Shown here: positions 11,746 through 20,143 of the stretch, in pieces | Layout: every line of letters starts with the position of its first letter | Numbering within the stretch: the first letter of the stretch is position 1 | Virus record (IMG/VR): IMGVR_UViG_3300042391_000275 | Span: 1-61,659 of that record | Direction: 5' to 3' (one strand) | DNA: 61,659 bases | Source: a virus | Taxonomy: Duplodnaviria > Caudoviricetes | Position numbers and translations under genes: made by a program | Notes under the pieces: generated by a model | Seen by the model: only the letters and a program-made list of their open reading frames with translations | What the model was told of the DNA's origin: nothing | The model's database searches: none

Positions 11746-12966
11746 TTAATATGATTGACCACTTACAAATCCAAACCAATTTGATCCACCATCATGCGTC
11801 AATAAAGTATATGTATCAATTTTACCTAGTGTAGATGTTGGAATTGGGGGACCAATCGGCCCCCACTTTACAGATGCTGGATATGCAATTGTTCTCGCTG
11901 TTCCATCTCCAACAAATTGGATTGTAAATGAAAATACTTTTGGATTTACTGGTGGACTTGAAAGTAAAATTGAAGTTATATTTGCATTTAAGGTTACATA
12001 AAACAATGTCGCAGAAGATAAGTTAAGCGTTAATACCCCCGCTGAAATTGATGGGGTTGCTTTGGTTTCTATTGGTATTCCAAATATAGCTTCATTTGTA
12101 ACAGTAATAGAACTTACTGGGTTTATTAAAACTCCACTAGCCCCTGTTGCTCCAATCACAGATAGGCCCGTTGCCCCAGTGCTGCCTTGTGTTCCTACCC
12201 CTGTTGCCCCAGTGCTGCCTTGTGTTCCTACCCCTGTTGCCCCAGTGCTGCCTTGTGTTCCTACCCCTGTTGCCCCAGTGCTTCCAACAATGTTTAATCC
12301 GCTTGCTCCTGTGGCCCCAACTAGTCCACTTGAAACAACGGCAAATATTAAATCTTGATTATTGGAAAAAGCTGAACCAGATGAAGATAAAAAAGTAACA
12401 GGGATAGTTATTTTTAAATTTGGATATATTGTTGTACTGGATGATATTTTAAATACCTGATAGTTACTTGAGCTTAACCTATCTTGTAATATAAAAGTAT
12501 CTCCTACATTAAACAAACTTAAAAAAACATCAATATTGATTCCGCTAGAATCAAAGCTAGATAAATTAATTTCTGTAGCTAAAAATTGAAAAGCATTATT
12601 CCAAATTAAATAACCAGAAGATGGATTTCCTGAGATTGCAGATGTGTTTGCTTTATAACTATAAAATGTTGTTGATTGTCCGTTGGCTCCAGTAGACCCT
12701 GTACTACCTTGCAAGCCCACTCCAGTAGCCCCTGTGCTGCCTGTAAATCCAATGCCAGTGGCCCCAGTACTGCCTTGATTTCCAGTGGCTCCAGTGGATC
12801 CAACAACGCTTGACCCGCTTGCCCCAGTGGCTCCAGTTGGGCCACCCGCTGGGCCAACTGGCCCAGTGGATCCAGTAGCACCAATATATGGTGCTAGGCA
12901 ATCATTTTGATAAAACATTGTATCGCAACCACACCCTGAATTCGGTATCCAATTAGATTTAGCCAT
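11746..12966 (-). CDS. Collagen-like fibre protein
   Basis: GATG/GSTG repeat blocks. C-terminal GTARTIAYPASVKW...DGGSNW domain typical of fibres. Confidence 0.8.
   Translation of the reverse strand: MAKSNWIPNSGCGCDTMFYQNDCLAPYIGATGSTGPVGPAGGPTGATGASGSSVVGSTGATGNQGSTGATGIGFTGSTGATGVGLQGSTGSTGANGQSTTFYSYKANTSAISGNPSSGYLIWNNAFQFLATEINLSSFDSSGINIDVFLSLFNVGDTFILQDRLSSSNYQVFKISSSTTIYPNLKITIPVTFLSSSGSAFSNNQDLIFAVVSSGLVGATGASGLNIVGSTGATGVGTQGSTGATGVGTQGSTGATGVGTQGSTGATGLSVIGATGASGVLINPVSSITVTNEAIFGIPIETKATPSISAGVLTLNLSSATLFYVTLNANITSILLSSPPVNPKVFSFTIQFVGDGTARTIAYPASVKWGPIGPPIPTSTLGKIDTYTLLTHDGGSNWFGFVSGQSY
12170..12282. repeat. Perfect 33-bp tandem repeat (about 3.4 copies) within fibre gene
   Basis: Unit GTTGCCCCAGTGCTGCCTTGTGTTCCTACCCCT at 12170, 12203 and 12236, partial at 12269. 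Confidence 0.9.
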
Positions 12967-13004
12967 AGATAGAATTTAATAATTACATTGCAATTAAAAT
13001 GCTG

Positions 13005-13253
13005 TCAATTTTTTTTATCCAAAAAGTAATAATGAGGGACAGGACATAGTGTTCCATTTACGTTGGGAATATAAAAGTCTTTTCTCTCAATCAATCCCAC
13101 CTTTATTCCTGCCGTGATTCTTTCTTTACAGGTAGTTTTTTTGACATTCCATATTTTGCAAAGTTCGTTTTTAGAATACCATCCTTTTGGTGCTGGATCA
13201 GTACATTTATTACTTGCCTCAAGTAGAATTTTAAGAAAATCGTTTGGAGTCAT
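13005..13253 (-). CDS. Small putative HTH DNA-binding protein
   Basis: WYSKNELCKIWNVKKTTCKERI resembles a helix-turn-helix. Confidence 0.45.
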   Translation of the reverse strand: MTPNDFLKILLEASNKCTDPAPKGWYSKNELCKIWNVKKTTCKERITAGIKVGLIERKDFYIPNVNGTLCPVPHYYFLDKKN

Positions 13254-13257
13254 GGTT

Positions 13258-13935
13258 TCAAAATTGTGTTAGAAGTTTATTTCCTTTTTTAATGTTTTCG
13301 ATTTTCCACAATGGTTGAAAGTTTGTGTAATGATTTAATTTTATCAATTCTTTTTCTGTTTTTGCAAGAGATATAGGGATTATGTGATCAAGGCTCCACT
13401 CTGCTCTATTATCAAATGTCATCCCATCTTTAAATTTATTCTCAATATATTTTTTGAAAAAATCATAATCGCATCCAAGTATTTTACTCGTTTTTGTTTT
13501 TTTGGAAAAACCAAGATTTCTTATTCCATTTTGAATCAGTGTAGAAATATTGCATCTAATTTTGTATATAGGATCACTGTTTCTTTTATTTCTAATATAA
13601 TCCCTACTCGTTTTTCTAAATCTATCTCGATTTTTATCTCTCCAAGAATTTTTAAGATGCCTGCATTTTTCTTGGTTTTTCTTTCTCCATTCCTTTAAAT
13701 ATAAACTTAATTTTTCTTTGTTCTGTTCTCTATATTTTCTGCATCTTGCTTTGTCTTTTTCTTTGTTTACTTCCCGTCTTTTCTTGCATTTTTCAATATG
13801 CTTTTGCCTTATTTCGTTGTATTTTTCTTTAGAAACCCAACGCTCTTTCCCAGTTTTATAATATTGCCAAAAAACCATTCCATCATTCCTAATGGTTCCT
13901 TGCTTTAATTTTATTTTTAAATTGGCATTCTCCAT
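13258..13935 (-). CDS. HNH-type (homing) endonuclease
   Basis: WSLDHIIPIS...LNHYTNFQPLWKIENIKKGN. Lys/Arg-rich N-terminal half, AT-rich DNA. Confidence 0.75.
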   Translation of the reverse strand: MENANLKIKLKQGTIRNDGMVFWQYYKTGKERWVSKEKYNEIRQKHIEKCKKRREVNKEKDKARCRKYREQNKEKLSLYLKEWRKKNQEKCRHLKNSWRDKNRDRFRKTSRDYIRNKRNSDPIYKIRCNISTLIQNGIRNLGFSKKTKTSKILGCDYDFFKKYIENKFKDGMTFDNRAEWSLDHIIPISLAKTEKELIKLNHYTNFQPLWKIENIKKGNKLLTQF

Positions 13936-14681
13936 GCTTCTCCTCTGCCTCTTTGCGTGATTTGAAGTGAAGATTGATTAAGCGATTCACAATATTCACC
14001 CCAACACCAAGCCTGACACCAACTGAACGTGCTTCTCCTATTTTTGGCGTATTCTAACGCCCCTCTAGCGGTTAATGTTCCGATATTATAGCAAGTGCCA
14101 CCATGATATGTTCTGGCATTTTGGATAGCAACACGATGGGTGTGTCCCATTACTATTTTGCGCCTTGTCCCATTGCAATATTGCTCTGCCATGTCCCTAG
14201 CAGCAGATTCACCATAGCAAGTTCCATGAGTAAACCCAATGTCCGCTATGTCAACGATCTGTTCAATTCCAGAATAAGGAATTAATCTAGCTTTTAGCTT
14301 TTTGGTTGTATCTTCGATTGCAGACACAATTTTGTGAGCGCAATATGAAGTGACAGAATTTTTGCTGTGAGTCAGTTTCCATGCACGATCTTCATGGTTT
14401 CCGCAAAGAACATAAGGATTTTTGCATCCAGCCATTAATTCACGAAGATGCATTAAACCTGTGTCAATATCTGGAGTTACTTCATCCCCATCACTTCCAG
14501 AACCTATTCCATTACCCATCAAAGCTGATAAATCAATAAAATCTCCAAGATGCAGGATTGTATCAGGTGAAAAGCGCGATTTGAACGTCATTACGGCATT
14601 CCAAGCCTCTTTGTCGCAATATTTTGCATGACTACACGAAACTGCTAGAACTTTTTTCCACTTGTGGGTAATATTTGCCAT
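13917..14681 (-). CDS. Calcineurin-like metallophosphoesterase
   Basis: SCSH (variant of DxH), LGDFID, GNHE, FTHG and MGHTHR motifs. Confidence 0.85.
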   Translation of the reverse strand: MANITHKWKKVLAVSCSHAKYCDKEAWNAVMTFKSRFSPDTILHLGDFIDLSALMGNGIGSGSDGDEVTPDIDTGLMHLRELMAGCKNPYVLCGNHEDRAWKLTHSKNSVTSYCAHKIVSAIEDTTKKLKARLIPYSGIEQIVDIADIGFTHGTCYGESAARDMAEQYCNGTRRKIVMGHTHRVAIQNARTYHGGTCYNIGTLTARGALEYAKNRRSTFSWCQAWCWGEYCESLNQSSLQITQRGRGEAWRMPI

Positions 14682-15224
14682 TTATGTATGATCGACTAGT
14701 AAGTATGGTATGGTTTTTTGCTCGTATCGAGTCATTTCAGAGTAGACGAGATTGATGAATCCGTCCCACTGGGGCGGGTAGATCGTTTGGCAACCCAGCG
14801 AGGAGGTGCTGTTGTATCCTCCTTTATGGATGTTGATTGCTACCCCCATAGAATCGCCTTCACCATCTCTTGTAACAGGCACTTCTTCTTTTGGGTTAGC
14901 AGGTCGAAGCGCAGGGTAACCACCTCCGGGTTTACTGATGCCATGATTCCCCTTACGGAACCTATGAATGCCCGTTTTAAGCACCGCAATACCCTTCCTG
15001 TGAACTGACGGATCAGTATTCGCATTGAAAGTAGCATGAACAGAAGGAGATAAAAGTATAATCGCATCATCATAGATCCCCCTGTCATTCTTCCCCTTCT
15101 CTCCCATTGTATCCATGTAGTATCCACGGATTCCGACGAGTGCAACACGATCAACGATTCCCGATTTTATTGCCATCGAGAGCGTCTTCTCCTTCGCTTG
15201 CTGCGGTCTGGAGTTTGGAACCAT
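14682..15224 (-). CDS. Putative endolysin with YkuD/L,D-transpeptidase-like catalytic motif
   Basis: INIHKGG...TSSLGCQTI (H...SxGC). Immediately follows holin-like genes. Confidence 0.6.
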   Translation of the reverse strand: MVPNSRPQQAKEKTLSMAIKSGIVDRVALVGIRGYYMDTMGEKGKNDRGIYDDAIILLSPSVHATFNANTDPSVHRKGIAVLKTGIHRFRKGNHGISKPGGGYPALRPANPKEEVPVTRDGEGDSMGVAINIHKGGYNSTSSLGCQTIYPPQWDGFINLVYSEMTRYEQKTIPYLLVDHT

Positions 15225-15394
15225 TATTTACTAGAGTCTTTGGCAAGAATAAGCCCAACTCCAGCAGTGATTGCTGCAAAAAGCAATCCAATATCACCAA
15301 GCGTTCCGCTGCTCAAAAATTCTTTTCCTGCCTCTGAAACTGCCGCAAGAATAGTAAATACTCCAAGTAATGTTGTTTTCCAATTTGTTTTCAT
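15224..15394 (-). CDS. Putative holin (56 aa, 2 TM), not in ORF track
   Basis: MKTNWKTTLLGVFTILAAV...IGLLFAAITAGVGLILAKD. TAATG coupling to the lysin gene. Confidence 0.7.
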   Translation of the reverse strand: MKTNWKTTLLGVFTILAAVSEAGKEFLSSGTLGDIGLLFAAITAGVGLILAKDSSK

Positions 15395-15558
15395 TTTTTT
15401 AGTCCTTTAATTTCTGGCAGTTCATAACAGAACTTGCCGTATTGAGTTTCGATACACACGTTGGGTTGTCCAAGCACAGAACATCCTGTTAAAAATGCCA
15501 TTCCTAGCATTATGAACGATGTTACTATCATTGCTACTACTATTTTTTTTGGTTTCAT
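15391..15558 (-). CDS. Small lipoprotein (spanin-like candidate)
   Basis: Basic N-terminus, hydrophobic stretch, lipobox LTGC. Lies in the lysis cassette. Confidence 0.6.
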   Translation of the reverse strand: MKPKKIVVAMIVTSFIMLGMAFLTGCSVLGQPNVCIETQYGKFCYELPEIKGLKK

Positions 15559-15728
15559 TTTAATATCTGTTTTACCATGTAAATGCAAGTCAAAATACCC
15601 GCTATAATAGAGATAATTCCACCACCAATTCTAATTGACGCTTCTATTTCTGGTAACATACTTACAATAAATCCTGTGGTCGATATGATCGTACCTAATA
15701 CTCCGTGACTGGTTGCGTTATCGTTCAT
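15555..15728 (-). CDS. Small two-TM membrane protein (holin/antiholin candidate), not in ORF track
   Basis: MNDNATSHGVLGTIIS...IGGGIISIIAGILTCIYMVKQILK. ATGA overlap with the next gene. Confidence 0.6.
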   Translation of the reverse strand: MNDNATSHGVLGTIISTTGFIVSMLPEIEASIRIGGGIISIIAGILTCIYMVKQILK

Positions 15729-15733
15729 TTTAA

Positions 15734-17206
15734 TTATGGGCCAACAATTACATACAGTGTGTTTGGGTCTGGTGTCACGATTAAATTGTAGCCAGTTTGA
15801 GTGATTTCTACGAGATTGGTCAGTTGTGTTGCCCCAGTTAGACCAGTAATATCCGAGAGAACGATGTTTGCTGGGGTAACCCCCGTGGCCCCAGTGCTTC
15901 CTTGTACCCCCGTGGCCCCAGTTTGGCCAAGCTGGGTATACATTACTTGCATTACTGTGATGATGACAGATGGGATATTTGGTGCTGGTGCAACTGCTGT
16001 ATTGTGGTCGATACCGATATTGACATTATCAGTTGACCACATGATTTGGAAATTATCTCCAGAAACAAAATTATCCATGAAGTCCCATGCCGCTACCGAA
16101 TATGGAGTATTTGTTGGTACGACAATTCTTGTTGCAGAATCTGGAATATCAGTTCCATTTTTACGGAACCAAATTTGAACTGTGCTACCAGAACCTCCGC
16201 CACCATTGTTATGCAATTGAGCGGAGAATTGAATGTCGTATGTTCCCGTGCTTGTAAAAGTAATTTGCGATCCACTAACAACAGAAATGCCATTTTCTCC
16301 GATGACATTATTTACTGTCATTGCATATGCGGTATTAATCGCGGCAGCGGTTTGATCGACATTACTGAAATACGATCCGTAATACCCCAATGCACCACCA
16401 GCACCAGTGAGGCCCGTGGCCCCAGTGCTACCATCCAAACCCGTGCTTCCCGTGGCCCCTCTAACACCAGTCAAACCAGTGCTTCCTGTGCTTCCTGCAT
16501 CTCCTTGTATGCCAGTGCTTCCTGTGCTTCCGACATCTCCTTGCAAGCCAGTCGCACCTGTGCTTCCGACATCCCCAATAATCCCGCTTGCTCCAGTGGC
16601 CCCGACATCCCCTTGGACTCCAGTGGCTCCTGTGCTGCCGACATCTCCTTGCACTCCAGTGCTTCCCGTGGCCCCGACATCTCCTTGCACTCCAGTGGCC
16701 CCTGTACTGCCGTCATTTCCAGCAACACCAGTAGCACCATCTGGCCCAGTAGCACCACCATCAGCAACTGGTGTCCATGAGGCATTAATTGAACCGGGTG
16801 TTGGAGGAAAACCGGGGTTTAGTGGGTTTCCAGTTCTGTAATAATACCCACCAAGATAAGTTACAGCATCTCCAATATTATATGAAAATCCATTATTATA
16901 TACTGTCGCTGGCAATGTCCAAGGAGTTGGGCCTTGTATGCCCGTGGCTCCAGTCGATCCGTCATTTCCCGCAACACCAGTGCTTCCCGTACTACCTTGC
17001 AAACCCACCCCAGTGGCCCCAGTCGCTCCGTCATTTCCAGCAACACCCGTGGCTCCTGTGGTTCCAGCCCCAGTTGGGCCAGTGCTTCCTGTTGCCCCTG
17101 TTGGGCCTCCAGATGGGCCAGTGGCACCAGTGGCCCCAATTGCTGCGGTGGCTTGACTTCCTGTGAAGTCTAGTTTGCCAGTAAATGGGTTAAATGTGAG
17201 TGCCAT
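15734..17206 (-). CDS. Collagen-like fibre protein
   Basis: Long G-x-y (GATG/GSTG) tracts, a C1q/BclA-like globular domain (YGSYF...[10 protein letters not shown]), [11 protein letters not shown]-terminus. Confidence 0.8.
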   Translation of the reverse strand: MALTFNPFTGKLDFTGSQATAAIGATGATGPSGGPTGATGSTGPTGAGTTGATGVAGNDGATGATGVGLQGSTGSTGVAGNDGSTGATGIQGPTPWTLPATVYNNGFSYNIGDAVTYLGGYYYRTGNPLNPGFPPTPGSINASWTPVADGGATGPDGATGVAGNDGSTGATGVQGDVGATGSTGVQGDVGSTGATGVQGDVGATGASGIIGDVGSTGATGLQGDVGSTGSTGIQGDAGSTGSTGLTGVRGATGSTGLDGSTGATGLTGAGGALGYYGSYFSNVDQTAAAINTAYAMTVNNVIGENGISVVSGSQITFTSTGTYDIQFSAQLHNNGGGGSGSTVQIWFRKNGTDIPDSATRIVVPTNTPYSVAAWDFMDNFVSGDNFQIMWSTDNVNIGIDHNTAVAPAPNIPSVIITVMQVMYTQLGQTGATGVQGSTGATGVTPANIVLSDITGLTGATQLTNLVEITQTGYNLIVTPDPNTLYVIVGP

Positions 17207-17238
17207 AGTTTATTATTAATCGTTGCATTGCCTTTTTG

Positions 17239-17454
17239 TCAAGCGGTTATCTCAGACTCAACAGGCCAAGATAATCCTTCTTTCACTATCTGTTCCTCGC
17301 ACTCTTCATGCGTTCCCACAAACAATGTGCTTTGAGTTGCGATTGAAACGTTGGTTTCTTCGTAAAAGATAATTACTTTGTCCGCATAGACCAATTTCCA
17401 GTTGCCAATAGAGTCATCGTATGACCAGCCGTTTTCGTTAGGCGGAATTATCAT
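17239..17454 (-). CDS. Hypothetical protein (possible fibre chaperone)
   Basis: ATGA overlap with the upstream fibre gene. Confidence 0.5.
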   Translation of the reverse strand: MIIPPNENGWSYDDSIGNWKLVYADKVIIFYEETNVSIATQSTLFVGTHEECEEQIVKEGLSWPVESEITA

Positions 17455-18311
17455 GGCACTATTACTGTAAGTGTTGAGGTTGCTGCTGCCCATGTTGCTG
17501 TCGTTCCAACTGGAACACCAATCAAGGTTACTGAACCATAAGAAAGATTAAATGATCCTTGGAAGAAGCGAAATGTTGTTGTTCCAGATGGAGGCGAAAC
17601 ATTAAAAGAAACCGAAAGTCCAGTAGTAAATGTTGCGGTTGCTGTTGATGCTCCGGCAGTTCTATAAGCTCGGATTGTTCCGCCAGTTCTGGTTGTTCCG
17701 CCTGTATAAGTAAGCGTTCCCTGCAAATCAAGAGTCCCGTTTCCTGTTTTATTTATTCCTCCGATTCCTGAAATATTGCCTGTAACCGTTATGGTGTTTG
17801 CACCAATGGTGCGATACTGAAGGGAGGTGCCACTGATTAGAAAATCATTAGGCAGGGTTACATTGCTCCCCGTATCAATTCGCCCTGCTAAATTCGACAC
17901 CGTAAACAGCCCCGTTCCGAAAGCGTTGCTTGAGTTATATACTATATAATTAGATGCCCCTGTGCCAAAATACGATGTGCCTCCAGAATAGGTGTTATTT
18001 CCGCCTATCGTTAAAATGTTAACCCCCCTTTTTTCCAGCGATCCCGATCCGCTGATGACCCCATTAAGTGTTGATGCCAGTGAAACTGTGAGAGTCCCTT
18101 GGTTTATTTGCGTAGGCCCAGTATAGTTACATACGCCCGAAAGCGTCAGTCCACCTACTCCATTTTTTACCAGACCGATTGTGCCAGAAATTGCTTGTGA
18201 AATAGTTATTGCAGAGTAGCACATGAACTGACGAAAGGATGCCGTAGCAGATGCTATTGCACTTGCATTGCTTGCACCTACTTTTGCTGCGCTGGAATTA
18301 GTTAAAATCAT
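17451..18311 (-). CDS. Protein with autotransporter-associated beta-strand repeats
   Basis: Three LxKxGxGxLxLxGxxxYTGxT repeats. Confidence 0.8.
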   Translation of the reverse strand: MILTNSSAAKVGASNASAIASATASFRQFMCYSAITISQAISGTIGLVKNGVGGLTLSGVCNYTGPTQINQGTLTVSLASTLNGVISGSGSLEKRGVNILTIGGNNTYSGGTSYFGTGASNYIVYNSSNAFGTGLFTVSNLAGRIDTGSNVTLPNDFLISGTSLQYRTIGANTITVTGNISGIGGINKTGNGTLDLQGTLTYTGGTTRTGGTIRAYRTAGASTATATFTTGLSVSFNVSPPSGTTTFRFFQGSFNLSYGSVTLIGVPVGTTATWAAATSTLTVIVP

Positions 18312-18898
18312 CCTACAATTATGTAAACTGTGTTAGCGTTAATACCTGCACCAAGAGCATTATAGCCAGCCAAAGTGATTTGCATCATGTTAGTCAAAGC
18401 AGTTGCTCCCGCCGCTCCGCTGATGTCACTGCCAATCTTTCCGTTTAAAGCAGTCTGCGTAGCAGTTGAAATTGGTTTATTGGCATCAGAAGTGTTGTCG
18501 CAATTTCCAAGACCCACATCAGTTTTATCAATCGTTACTGCGCCAGTCCTAGTATTAACAGATGCTACACCAGCGACACTTCCAGTAATGTCAGATAATG
18601 TCGCAATCGTTCCAGATGCGCTAGGCAGCGTGAAAGTCTTTGTAGCACCTCCTGCCGTTATTGTGAGGTCGCTATTGTTTTGCAGTTCTAAAACCTGACT
18701 GCTGTCGGGAGAATAAAGTTCGTCGTGCGAATGCACAGACATACCACCAATTTCTTGGATTACACCCGTGGATGGATGCTTGGCATAGAGTTTTTTATCT
18801 GCGTGATTTATGCAAATCTCACCAGATGCAAGGTCTGCGTTTGCAGGAACCCGTGCGGCAATTGTGCTTTTTTTAGGGACTATGATTGGATTAGCCAT
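18308..18898 (-). CDS. Fibre-like virion protein (Mtd-N-like N-terminus)
   Basis: LASGEICINHADKKLY, VASVNTRTGAV, DVGLGNCDNTSDANKPIS motifs. Confidence 0.7.
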   Translation of the reverse strand: MANPIIVPKKSTIAARVPANADLASGEICINHADKKLYAKHPSTGVIQEIGGMSVHSHDELYSPDSSQVLELQNNSDLTITAGGATKTFTLPSASGTIATLSDITGSVAGVASVNTRTGAVTIDKTDVGLGNCDNTSDANKPISTATQTALNGKIGSDISGAAGATALTNMMQITLAGYNALGAGINANTVYIIVG

Positions 18899-18912
18899 TA
18901 TAGAATGGGATG

Positions 18913-18940
18913 CCTCTAGGGGTTTTGATCCCCCTAGAGG
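18913..18940 (-). other. Strong intergenic hairpin without U-tract
   Basis: CCTCTAGGGG-GATCAAAA-CCCCTAGAGG between two fibre genes. Confidence 0.6.
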
Positions 18941-18955
18941 ACTTTAGTTTAGGGA

Positions 18956-19573
18956 CTAGTAAGTTCCACCATCAATGGTGGTTTCAAGCGCAGTTACACG
19001 CGAATCGAGAGCCGAATCAGCCGATGTACGAGCCGATACTTCAGAAGCCAAAGCAGCGTCATTGCTGATAACATAACCAGCGAATGCCGAGTCGTTAGCA
19101 GTATCAACGCTGTTGATGAGGCTTACGATTTCAGCAAAGCTATCCTTGTCTGCGTCAGCGGCAGAAAGAATTGCGTCGATGCGGTTTTTCTCAGTTGTGA
19201 TTTTGCCGTCGAGGGCCGAATCAGCACTGGTGCGAGCGGAGGTTTCGGTAGCGAGATCGGAAGCGATAACGCCTTCAGCGGCGGTAGCGCGAGAAACTTC
19301 GGTAGCGAGATCGCTGGTAAGGGTGCTGTCAGCGGCAATACGAGCGGCTTCTTCTGCGGCGATAGCAGCAGTAAGAGTCGAGTTTGCAGCAGAAACAGCG
19401 GCATCAGCGTATACTTTGGTAGCGAACGTGCCAGAACCACCAATAGCGAGTGGGGTTCCGTCAGCTTTGCCCACGAAAAGGCTGAGATTTGTGAGATCCA
19501 TTGCCAACTCACCAGAAGAAAGACTTGCGGGAGTGGAAGAACCACGTTTAATGCGAAGGATTGGATTTGCCAT
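18956..19573 (-). CDS. Coiled-coil fibre protein (Mtd-N-like N-terminus)
   Basis: LRIKRGS...LSSGELAMD, ExSARxxAD coiled-coil repeats, C-terminal IDGGTY. Confidence 0.75.
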   Translation of the reverse strand: MANPILRIKRGSSTPASLSSGELAMDLTNLSLFVGKADGTPLAIGGSGTFATKVYADAAVSAANSTLTAAIAAEEAARIAADSTLTSDLATEVSRATAAEGVIASDLATETSARTSADSALDGKITTEKNRIDAILSAADADKDSFAEIVSLINSVDTANDSAFAGYVISNDAALASEVSARTSADSALDSRVTALETTIDGGTY

Positions 19574-19634
19574 AGTTTTTTATTGTTTTTTTGTTTTGTT
19601 TTGTTTTTTGGTTTTTCTGGTTATTCAGAAAGTT

Positions 19635-19808
19635 TTAAGGTGCTGGACTATATTCTCCAGCATCAATTTCAGCTACATTTGTAAGTTCACCACTTTGGAT
19701 TTGAGCAACCTCATTACCATTAGGTAGTGTCCCGTCTTCGCTAATTGTGAGCGAGGAACTAGGACTAAAGTCTAGCTTGCCAGTAAATGGATTGAATCTA
19801 ACTGCCAT
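19635..19808 (-). CDS. Small virion adaptor-like protein (57 aa), not in ORF track
   Basis: [14 protein letters not shown]...EIDAGEYSPAP. Shares its N-terminus with 15734..17206. Confidence 0.7.
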   Translation of the reverse strand: MAVRFNPFTGKLDFSPSSSLTISEDGTLPNGNEVAQIQSGELTNVAEIDAGEYSPAP

Positions 19809-19809
19809 A

Positions 19810-20073
19810 TTAAGCTATGCTAACCATTACTAAATTTGCATCATTTGCAGTGGGAGGTTGCACGGAATATGTCAACGTCAATGTTGCGACAACTTGTTCT
19901 ACTTTTCTATAAACGACAGTTGCGATATTGTTAGTCTGACCATAGTAAGTCAATGCGAGTGAATCAAATTCTGGGATTTGAAACCCTTGAATAGAACTTG
20001 CGATATTAGAAACCCCATCAAGCACCAAATGACGGAATTTTGCTGTGTCGAGAATTGAAGGGATATCGTCCAT
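19810..20073 (-). CDS. Putative capsid decoration/fibre anchor protein
   Basis: Directly after the major capsid gene. IPEFDSLALTY...VATLTLTY motif. Confidence 0.5.
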   Translation of the reverse strand: MDDIPSILDTAKFRHLVLDGVSNIASSIQGFQIPEFDSLALTYYGQTNNIATVVYRKVEQVVATLTLTYSVQPPTANDANLVMVSIA

Positions 20074-20097
20074 AGTGTGTGAATGTTAAACTGATGA

Positions 20098-20129
20098 GGT
20101 GGCAGAGTCAAGTTATTAACTCTGCCACC
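20098..20129 (-). terminator. Hairpin downstream of major capsid gene (terminator or stabiliser)
   Basis: GGTGGCAGAGT/ACTCTGCCACC 11-bp stem. Weak U-tract. Confidence 0.55.
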
Positions 20130-20143
20130 GATATCAATCTACC

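Noticed and set aside
16400-17140. CRISPR array or DGR repeats in GCCCCAGT/GTGCTTCC-rich tracts
   Set aside because: The repeats are in-frame collagen-like codons without unique spacers. No cas or reverse transcriptase gene and no adenine-specific TR/VR pair were seen.
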